Source: Salpingoeca rosetta
Lineage: Eukaryota > Protista > Choanoflagellata
Reading direction: 5' to 3'
DNA length: 64,000 nucleotides
NCBI GenBank assembly: GCA_033442325.1
Contig: JAWQFM010000006.1
Location: 1,806,873 to 1,870,872 of the forward strand
This document shows, one piece after another, positions 40,075-52,650 of this stretch. The translations under genes and the position numbers were made by a program. Numbering within the stretch: position 1 is the stretch's first letter; each line of letters starts with the position of its first letter. The notes under the pieces were generated by a model. That model worked only from the letters and a program-made list of their open reading frames with translations, searched no databases and was not told where the DNA came from.

Positions 40075-40792
40075 CTCGCTCGCTGCCGCGCCAATCAGAT
40101 GCCGAATATTTACGGGTGTTGCCAACAAGGTTTCTGCATCCAAGATGGCGCACAGATCTGTCTGTTAGTGTGATTTTGGTTTTATTGGGGAAAACTCGCT
40201 CGCTGAAATCTTACACTGCTCCCAGCGCTCAGAGGTGGGGAAAGCGATTGGCGCAAACAAAGGGCAGCGGTGTGCATGGGCGAATGTGTGTGAGAGCAGG
40301 CGCCACATAGGTGGATTTGAGTTTCTTCTTGGGTTCCCCCTCTCCCCCTTTTGTCTCCCCCCCCTCTCCCCTTGTGTCTCTCCCCTTCTCTCTCGGTGCT
40401 GCAGGCCATACAAGCAACGAAGTAGCAGCCAATATACGAGCAAGCAAAGCACCAGCGAGTCACGTCAACACGCGCATGCGTTTGTGGTCTCGTACAATAG
40501 TGATGATCTGAACAAAAGAAGCAACAGCCAGAGTGAAAGAGACGCATTTACGCCGCGTCAAGTGCATCAGCTACGCAAACAAATTACATTGCATTACATG
40601 AAACAGGTTTGCAACAACAGCAACAACACTCATGCCAGAGCAAACAACATCCTAAGATTACAGCAATTGAATGCAAACGAACACAGGCAGATCAAGTGAA
40701 GCAACAGAAGAAAGGAAATGCAGGGCAAATAAATGAGGAGGAACAAGGGAGGGATAAGTGAGACACAGAAGGGCAGACTGAGCCGCACAAGA

Positions 40793-40824
<32 letters not shown>

Positions 40825-40990
40825 CCTCGTCCAACTCAAAATGAACATGATATGCAGAGGACGGACCAAAAATGAACCGAAAGGTCACAAGTCTAAGACA
40901 CCAGCAACCCGTCACACAGGCATGCATAAAGACAGATAGGCACACACACACACACATACATTCACACACACATGCATACACAGGCACACA

Positions 40991-41031
<41 letters not shown>

Positions 41032-41033
41032 AA

Positions 41034-41064
<31 letters not shown>

Positions 41065-41140
41065 TACACAAACATACACACACGTGCATACACGCGCCAA
41101 CCAAACAAAAGCGGTTTACAGCGAGGCAAACAAAAGCTGT

Positions 41141-41533
41141 TTACAGCGAGGCAAACTCCGACGGCTGCACGAGAAGGTCAGCTGCTTCGCGCGTGGCGGT
41201 GATGGAAGGGCGACGTGGCTGCCGGGGAAGCGACAGCCGGCGCTTGGCAAAGGCACGGTCCGTGTGGTCCGAGTAGTGGTTGACAGACACGGGGATGGCA
41301 TGGTCGCGGTCGGCGTGCGCGTGGCGTTCGAGTGACGCGGACAGCGACGTGCCGCGGACACCGAAACGCTGTTCCTGTTCTGGCCGCGGTGGCGGTGGCA
41401 GGAGTGTGGTGTTGACGTATTGGGGGTGACCGTCAGCGTCGAGCCGCAAACTGTTGCTGCTGCGACGCCGCCGCATACCAGAGGCAGTCATCATGTCCTG
41501 TCGTGCACGCGACCTGCTCATGTGGTTGGTTGG

Positions 41534-41624
<91 letters not shown>

Positions 41625-41944
41625 TGAGTGAGTGTTGTGAACAATGACAAGCGTGCATTTTCGCTTGGAACACAAGTGTCAGTTCCAGCAAGCGTCGTGG
41701 CACAGCAGCAGCAGCAGCAGCAGCAGCAGCAAGAGCGCACCGCGGCGACGCAAAGGGCCCGCGAATGGGTGTCGACCACGATGACGACGTCGAGCCGGCC
41801 GTCTGCGTCTGGTGTGTGCGTGTGTGTATGTGTGTATGTGTGTATATGTGTATATGTGTGTGTATGTGTGTGTATGGGTACGTGAAAACAGACGTGTTGA
41901 GTGGTGAGCTGATACCTTGCTTGTTGACGAAGAGCAACCGCACA

Positions 41945-41990
<46 letters not shown>

Positions 41991-42606
41991 CATACACACA
42001 CACACACACACACCCTGAGGGAGGAAGAGGAGTTGATGCTCAGAGAGTTTGCAGTTCCAATGCGTGTGGGCGGTTGAGAGAACGCATTCCTGCGAAGAGA
42101 TGACATGAAAGAGGGGGTGGGGAAGCAAGGAGAATAGCACGGTAGAGAGACGCAATGTTTGAGCGATGGTTATAATTCGTGGTGAGGTGCTTGCTGCCAG
42201 CACAGCACAGCACAGCACAGCACAGCACAGCACAGCACAGCACACGCACGCACGCACGCACGCACGCATGCACGCACACACACACACACACACACACGCA
42301 CGCACGCATGCATGCACACACACACACAAGCGTACCTCTGTTGCTTTGCCATGGGCGATGTGAGGGTGGGAAGCTGCAATGGGCAAACATGAGCATGGGG
42401 AGGAAGCAAACGTGAATGATATATCGATGGTGCAACTCGACAACCAGACAATACAGCGAGCGAGAAACGCTCATGCGTGTGTGTGTGTGTGTTGGAAGAG
42501 AGGAGGATGTGCACATGTGTAAGCACGTACTGGCGAGGATTCAGGGTGGGCCGGGGCCGTGGCGGTCGACCGTGACCTGCGCAGAGAACGCACACAGTCG
42601 TCGAGT

Positions 42607-42699
<93 letters not shown>

Positions 42700-43053
42700 G
42701 CATGTGTGTGTGTGTTCAGAAGAGGACAACGAACGAGGAGTAGCAAGCGCACGGCAACTTGGTGGCCGCGTGCAACAACAAACGCCAACAAACAAACAAA
42801 CACACAACACAACAACAACAGCAACAACACACACACACACACAGTCAGTGCATGCGCTTACATGTGTGCGCGAACTTCTGGTGTTGCCGGCATTCTTCGG
42901 CGCGTTGGGGCTGAGGCCGTGATGGCGGCGCCACGGTTACCGCGGTGGGGACGCGGACTTGGGAGGGGGTGAGGTGGAGATGGAAGAACGGATGAAGGTG
43001 AGCAAAGAATGCAAAGAACAAAGCAGACAGACAGACAGACAGACAGACACGCG

Positions 43054-43084
<31 letters not shown>

Positions 43085-43636
43085 GCGCGCGCGCGCATAG
43101 ACGCGCACACCCAGGGTTCATTGCGACTCACAGGGCGGTGCCGACCATGGGCAGGGCAAGCGCCGGTGTCGAGGAGGACGGGATGCTGCGCGGTGTTGGC
43201 TCAGACTGTCATCACCCAGCACGTGCAAGCAGATGGGGAGGGTGTAAGATGAGCAGCCATGGTGGGCGGTGGGGGGTGGCGTGACGCGTGTGTTTGGGGA
43301 GCGCGAGAGCGGGACATGGCACGAGCACGTACGAGCGAGCGGCGGTGGCGACGTGGTCGTGAGCGTCTGGAGAAGAAGGAGCGTGGCTTCTCAGGTAATC
43401 TCGTGCGGCCCTCCTGAATATATGGTCATGGGCAGCAAGAGGGGATGGGTGGAGTGAGATGCACAAACACGTATGGACACCTGCACTCGCTCTGCCTGCA
43501 TTGTGCACAAGAAATATATAGCCACCGACAGGCAAACACAGACACACACACACAGACACACACAGACACACACACACACACAGACACGCGCAGACACACA
43601 GACACAGACGCACAAACACCCGCAAGCACACACACA

Positions 43637-43668
<32 letters not shown>

Positions 43669-44218
43669 AGCGCGTACAAGCACGCACCTGATGGATCACT
43701 TGTTGTGACGAGGCAGAGGCGAGCACTGCATGAAACGTCTCTGTCTTCTTCTGCAAAGGCACGGCTCTGCGGAACCGAAGGTCTGCGTCGAACGACGTGT
43801 TGTGGGACGTTGCCCTTGGTCTCCCCATCTTCATTGATCTGGATCGGGTTGGCTGTCTGCTGCGACCCTGGCTGTTGTTGGCGCTGTTGTTGGCGCTGTT
43901 GTTGGTGGTATGTTGGTGGTGTTGGTGGTGGTGCACTGCCGACGCAGAGGGCGATGGTGCCGACCTCGGCGATGCCGTGGATGACGACGATGACGGCGAA
44001 GAGGACACCAGGGGAGCCGTCGGTGCACAAGCAGTGTCTTGGTGCTGTGCACAAGAGGAATTCGAAGAAGTGGCTGGGTCGCCGGGGTGGTCTGCAACCG
44101 TCGTGGCGGAAGGCACCGTGACCACAGTCGTTGGTGTTGTCATCCCGTCTGTCGTTGGCACTGCTGGCGCCTTCACCCGCGCAAACAGCATGTCCATGTC
44201 CATGTCCATGTCACTCAT
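41141..44218 (-). CDS. Hypothetical intrinsically disordered S/T/P/R-rich protein, about 9 exons
   Basis: Non-microsatellite blocks between repeat-rich introns join with consistent phases from [18 protein letters not shown] to ...QPSEFASL*. No recognisable globular domain. Confidence 0.6.
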
Positions 44219-44653
44219 ATCTGCACACCACACACCCCTCTTGTTGTCAACCAACCAACCCTTCTTGCTTCTTCCCTTGCGTTGTTGCTTTGTTGTTGGT
44301 TGTTTTCCCCCTCTTCTGTTGTGTGTGTTTGTGCGTACTCCTCTTCTTCTCTTCTGTTTGCCCACGCACACTCTTCACTGTTGGTCGATGGCGACACTGC
44401 CACTCGTGCACCCAACTGCCACTTCTGCTTCACCGTTACCTTCACCGCCAGCGACCTCCGCGACGGCTGCGACTCGCCTTCCATCTACAGTTAAGGTATG
44501 CTTTCGCTTTGGCCCCCCGCCCGCACACATGCCCCATCGTGTGTTTCTTCCTCACATGTCATCCATCTCACATGTCACATCATCGTCATCACATCTTCGC
44601 GGCTCCGTTCGAAGACATACCGGTCCTCCAAGCAGACACACCGACAAACAGCC

Positions 44654-46658
<2,005 letters not shown>

Positions 46659-47130
46659 GCGATCATTTGGAGCCGCTAGTTTGGCGACCGCCCACCATGC
46701 TCGGCTTGTTTCCTGCTGTTGTTACATCACCTCGCACAACCTTCGATGCTCTCGTGTATTGCTTCTCTTCTGCCTGCGACCTTGCTTGATGCTCTTGTTT
46801 GCTTGTGCGTGTGCGTGCGTGTGCGTGTGTTCCTTTCTCTTCCGCCCCCTCTGCGTCACATCGATGCGTGAGCCCGTTTCCTTGCTGTCGTGGAACAACG
46901 GTTTAAACGGAATGATGCAAATCATAACGCGCAGTGGCGAGTGCACACGCACATGAAAGGAAAGCACACAACGGAAAGGGCTCCATGGATGGATGAATGA
47001 ACGGCAGGCACCCAGGCTGGCAGCGGTAAACGCAGCCAGCGGAAGAGATGACATGAGTGTATGTGGGCGAGCGCGTGAGTGTATGTGTGTGTGTGTGTTG
47101 TTGTTGTTGTTGTTGTTGTTGGGCGGCGCC

Positions 47131-47323
47131 TCAGATGGACATGGTCATGGAGATGAAGTCCTCGTAGTAGATGGTGGCGTAGCCCTGGCCCTCGCGGTCG
47201 CGCGCACGGAAGCGCTCTGGTGGCAGTGGCGAATGGGGTGGTGAGATGAGGTGAGGGGAGAGACGTGAGTAGGGATGGGGAGAGACGGGGATGGGGAGAA
47301 GTGGACGGGTCCAAATGCACAGA

Positions 47324-47355
<32 letters not shown>

Positions 47356-47753
47356 GACACACAGACACAGACACACACAGACACACACAGACACACAGAC
47401 ACACACAGACACACACAGACACACACACACACACACAAACACACAGACAGACAAACACACGCACACACACATACAAAAACGCACCTGAGACGGCGCGCAG
47501 GCGGACGCTGAGGGCGATGAAGTCATCGAACATAATCTGCCTGTTGCTGTAGCGCGAGTAGCGGCTCACAATCGCCTCAACCGTGGGGCGGGACAGGTTG
47601 TAACCTGCAACCCGAACGCCCGAGGTGTGGCCGGAGGGGGAGAGGATGAAAGACGCACGTGTTGGTGTGGGAGTCAAGCGAACGAGGACAGTGGACGTGT
47701 GCGAATGAAACACACAAGTGTGCAGATGTACCACACATGGAACGGACACAGAC

Positions 47754-47792
<39 letters not shown>

Positions 47793-48534
47793 CACACACA
47801 CACAGACACACGCGCGCATTCACACATACACCCAAGCAGCACATGAACGGACCAAAAGCGCGGATGGCGTCGTGGAGCTCTGCTGCCTCGATGGTGCCGG
47901 AGCTGTCGCGATCAAACTGCTGGAACGTCCCCTGGTGGTGTCATCATCATCGGTGACAGTGTCCGTGTGAGATCATGTGCTACAGTCACCAGGGTGTGAT
48001 CCTTCTCATGCATGCATGCATGCAGACAGACAGAGAGACAGACAGACAGACACAGGCACAGACACACACACACCAACGACAACGGACCTTCCAACCCTCG
48101 AGGGCACGCCAGAGCTCGCGGAACTCGTTGAGGCCCATGGTGCCGGTGTGGTCTGTGTCCAGCAGCGCAATCATCACCCTGGTACGGTTGGAAACCACGT
48201 TGCGTGAGCATAGGGGAAAAGAAGAAGGAAGCAGGGCGCAGGCAAAGAGTGCAGAGTTGTGGATGAGGCAAGCAGCTGCGCTTGTGGTGCGTGGCATGCA
48301 CACCTGCAGGTCTCGAGGCTGAAGGAGTCGCCAGGACGAGGGTAGGCGCTCATGCCGGACTGAGACAGGCAGCGGCGCAGCTCTTCAGCAGAGATCTGCG
48401 ACAAAGGCGGTGGTGGTGGGTCAACAAAGGGAGTGTGTTGATAGGAAGAGAGATGAACGGCAGGGAACGACATGAGTTGAGATGAGCAGACAGAGAGAGA
48501 CACACACACACACACAGACACACACACACAAACA

Positions 48535-48573
<39 letters not shown>

Positions 48574-49129
48574 AGTCACACACACACACACACAGACACA
48601 CACACAGACACACACACACGACACCTGTCCATCTGCGCCGGCAACGGCTTGAAAGTGCTGGGCAACGGGGTCTGCTGGTGGAGGGTAGGCGGGGTAGCCC
48701 TGCTGTGGTGCAGGGTATCCTTGCTGTGGATAACCCTGTGGCTGCTACTCGACATAGCCAGATGTAGCACGCACGCCAGCGTGACTGGTGGTGGCAATCA
48801 AGCCACAAACGCAAACAAACAAAACAAGACGACGCACACGACGCACACACACACACACACATACATACATACATACACACATACATACATACATACATAC
48901 ATACATACATACATACATACATACAGTACATACATACATACNNNNNNNNNNNNNNNNNNNNNNNNNNNNNNNNNNNNNNNNNNNNNNNNNNNNNNNNNNN
49001 NNNNNNNNNNNNNNNNNNNNNNNNNNNNNNNNNNNNNNNNNACAGAAAAAACACAAGACAAACAAAAACACAGACACACACAGACACACAGCACACAGAC
49101 ACACAGACACACAGACACACAGACACACA

Positions 49130-49227
<98 letters not shown>

Positions 49228-49294
49228 GGCACGCAGTCACCAAGCTTACCCCGTAAGGTGGCTGGCCGTAGGGTGGCTGCTGATATCCAGACAT
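47131..49294 (-). CDS. Penta-EF-hand Ca2+-binding protein, sorcin/grancalcin-like
   Basis: G/Y/P/Q-rich N-terminus, then [77 protein letters not shown] and [11 protein letters not shown]. Confidence 0.92.
48942..49041. other. Assembly gap (100 N) in intron 1 of the sorcin-like gene
   Basis: N run flanked by (CATA)n and (CA)n repeats. Confidence 0.95.
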
Positions 49295-49486
49295 GGCTGT
49301 GAGCTCAACGAAGGGGGAGGAAGAGGCAGATCGCTGGACTGGCTGGTTGGTGGTTGTCGGCAACAAGACACACGATGCAACGAAATGAATGAAACACTGA
49401 ATCAAGCAATCAAGCAATCCTCTCCATCCACAACAACGAATACAAACAAAAGCCTGCAGCAGCTGCGGCGAACACAACAGCGATCG

Positions 49487-50845
49487 ATGATGATGAGGTG
49501 GAGGGGCGGGGTTGCGCTGGGAGCTGGCCCACATGCTGCATCATCATCCGTCCTGCCCTCATTCTCCTGCTTCCCAAGCGCGCTGGTGCTGGTGCTGGTG
49601 CTGGTGCTGGTGCTGGTGCTGGTGCCGTCGGCGTTGCCACTTGTGTGTGCACAGGCTGTGCTGGAGGAGGATGCAGCGGGAGCATTCCACATGAACACAT
49701 CAGCGGCGACAGCGCCTGTTCTCTTGAATGGACTGGACGTGGTTGGTGTGTTGCAGGAGCAGCAAGATGTGATCCACGCGCAGGCGGCTGCGATCGAGAC
49801 GCTGCGAGACAAGAACGCGGCTCTCAAGACGTCGCTATGCAGGAGATACCCGCCTGGTGCAGATACCACCACCATTTCGGACTTCACGGGGATCGAGAGG
49901 TGGCTCGGCGGCGTGCTGGCAAGCAACGGCTTCATCTACGGCATTCCATATCGAGCCACGTCTGTGCTGATCATCGACCCAACAACCAACACGGCAGATA
50001 TAACCACGATCACAGGGTCCCATCTGAGTGGGCTGTGGGGCGGCGGTGTTCGTGCGAAGGATAGCAACTTGATTTACGGGTTCCCTCACACCGCCAGCTC
50101 TGTGCTCATCATCGACCCCGACACCAACTCCGTCGACGTCACCTCCATTCCCGTTCCCGGCGCCGTTGCTGGCGCGTGGGCGAGCGGCCTTACCTCCGAC
50201 TACAACGGCCTCATCTTCGGCATCCCTTGGCTTGCGTCTGCCATCTTGGTCATCGACCCCAACACCAACACTGCCGACACCACAAGCATGCCCACCACTA
50301 CCAGTGCTGATGTGCTGTACAAGTGGTATGGCGGTGCGCTTGCCCCTGACCACCGCATCTTCTGCATCCCCCTCAACGCTGAATCGGTGCTCATCATTGA
50401 CCCCGTCACCAACACGACGGACGAAACAACAATCGCCAGCCTGCCTGGAAGCGGCTGGTGGTACGGCGGCGTGCTCTCAAAGCGCAACGGCCTCATCTAT
50501 GCTGCGCCCCGCAACGCCCCCGCCGTTCTTGTCATCGACCCCTCCACAAACGCCTTTGACTACACCAGCATTGCTGGCCTCCCCATGACCGTTGCAAAGT
50601 GGCGTGGCGCCGTGCAAACCAGGGATGGCCGCGTTGCGTGCATACCCAGCGGTGCCACCTCTGTCCTCCTCATCGACCCAGCCACCAACACCACAGACCA
50701 CACTTCCGTCACCACAACCGACATCCCAGGGAGCTTGTACAAGTGGTTTGATGGCGCGCTTGCTCCCAACGACCTCATCTACGCCATGCCCCACGCCTCC
50801 CCAAGCGTGCTCATCATTGATCCGGGTCTTTGCAACCTACAGTGA
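49487..50845 (+). CDS. Intronless secreted protein: signal peptide, short beta motif and coiled coil, then a 7-repeat beta-propeller
   Basis: One uninterrupted ORF. Hydrophobic LVLVLV...AQA signal, coiled coil LQEQQDVIHAQAAAIETLRDKNAALK, and seven ~45-aa repeats of consensus W-x-GG-(V/A)L-x(3-4)-G-x-IY-x-IP-x2-A-x2-VLIIDP-x-TNT. Confidence 0.85.
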   Translation: MMMRWRGGVALGAGPHAASSSVLPSFSCFPSALVLVLVLVLVLVLVPSALPLVCAQAVLEEDAAGAFHMNTSAATAPVLLNGLDVVGVLQEQQDVIHAQAAAIETLRDKNAALKTSLCRRYPPGADTTTISDFTGIERWLGGVLASNGFIYGIPYRATSVLIIDPTTNTADITTITGSHLSGLWGGGVRAKDSNLIYGFPHTASSVLIIDPDTNSVDVTSIPVPGAVAGAWASGLTSDYNGLIFGIPWLASAILVIDPNTNTADTTSMPTTTSADVLYKWYGGALAPDHRIFCIPLNAESVLIIDPVTNTTDETTIASLPGSGWWYGGVLSKRNGLIYAAPRNAPAVLVIDPSTNAFDYTSIAGLPMTVAKWRGAVQTRDGRVACIPSGATSVLLIDPATNTTDHTSVTTTDIPGSLYKWFDGALAPNDLIYAMPHASPSVLIIDPGLCNLQ

Positions 50846-51457
50846 TGTGTGTAATGTTAATGGCACTTGGTCGTGACGTGACGCGAGTTGGTGGGGACAT
50901 GCATGCTCATTGTACGTTTGCATTCGCCACCCCTTTCCTTCCAATTTCCCTCTGCATCCTCTCGTTCGGATGTTTGCTTGTGTGAGCTCTCCTTGTTGGC
51001 CTTCAACCTTCCTTGACCTCGCATAGACCGTAGCTTCGAGTTCGTTCATAGATCGTGCGGTCGACGAGACCCACACGCAGTGTTACATCTCATTACTACC
51101 CAACTGTGCACGCTTTGTGATATGATGTGCGGTTTGTTACAACTGTATTGACAAGAAGCAGGACTGTCGCATTCACATCTCACACCAAACAGCATTGCAC
51201 TTAAAAAATGAAAGCAGCCCTCAACTGCGTGCTCAGCGTACGCATCGACAACATCCAATACATGCCGCTAACAAGGGAAAGAAGGAAGAGTGTGTGCACG
51301 AGTGAGATGGAATGGGGAGAAGGAGGGATGCATGCCTCGCAACACAAAACCGGCGCACAGGCGAGAGACTCAGTAAGAGGTGAGCATGAGGAATAAACAC
51401 GGCACAATCATCATAATGCCATCACACGGTGACACAAGCGCCCACGTGCTGCTGCTT

Positions 51458-51650
51458 CTAGTTCCACTTGAAGTCAAACTGGATCTCGTCTGCCCGCGCC
51501 ATCAGCTCACGCTGGGCTTGCTCCTGATGGTGATGTGTTGTTGCAGTGTGTGAGGGTGGAGGAGGGGGTGGGACCGTCTGGGTGAGGCACAGAGGTAACA
51601 ACAAGGGAGGGCGTGCCACAAATACGAACGCACACCACACACACACACAT

Positions 51651-51693
<43 letters not shown>

Positions 51694-52103
51694 ACACACA
51701 CACACACACACACATGTGCAAACAACAACACACATGTACACAAACCTTCTCCTCTTCGTCGCGCCTGCGCTTCTCTTCCAGCTCGCGCTGTAAGTGTTCC
51801 ATCTCCGACGACCTCGCTACCTCTTCTTCGGCTTTCTTGCGCAGATACTCGCGGCGCAGCGCCTCGGCATGCTTCTTCTCTTCCTCAGCGCGCTCTGCAC
51901 GCCGTCGCTCAAGCTCAGCCATAAAGTCCTCGTCAAAGTTGATGCTTGTCACTGCAGTGTTGCGATGGCACGTGCCATCGAGGAAGGGAAGGCGCGGGGG
52001 GGGGTGCAGTTGGTCGTGTTGGTGATGAGGGTGCGTGGATGTGAGGGAGAAGCAGCACAGGGTATTAACGCAAGCAGCGAACAAGACAAACCAACACTGG
52101 CAC

Positions 52104-52173
<70 letters not shown>

Positions 52174-52580
52174 CACGCACCCGAGATGACGGAGGAGCGC
52201 TTGTTTGAGCCAGATGCGGTGCTGCTGTTGTTGTCGTCATCGTCGTCGTCGTAGAAATCATCATCGCTGTCGCCCTGACTTGTCTGCAGTGGTGCTGTTG
52301 CGTCTGCAAACGGGTTGCTCATGTCAAAGGGGTTGCTCGACTGTGAGGTGAGCGCTGGCTTTTGCTTCTTCTTCACAGAGGCCGTCTTCTTCGCCACAGC
52401 GGGGCCCTTCTTGCCGCCCCTCGGCTGCTGCTGTTGCGTTGACGCTTTTGAGGAGGAAACGGCCGTGTCAAACTCCGTCATTGTCTCGTGCGCCTGTTGG
52501 GCAGAGGCAACATCACACATGTGAGTGAGCGAGTGTGTGTGTGTGTATGTGTGTGTGTGTGTGTATGTGTGTGTGTGTGT

Positions 52581-52650
<70 letters not shown>

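Noticed and set aside
40150-41100. Possible extra gene between PTAR1 and the orphan gene
   Set aside because: No coherent exon chain or protein motif; consistent with 3' UTR plus promoter.
48788-49486. N-terminal 233 aa of the 685-aa ORF
   Set aside because: It runs through microsatellite, an N gap and the antisense of sorcin exon 1; the likely start is the ATG at 49487, ahead of the signal peptide.
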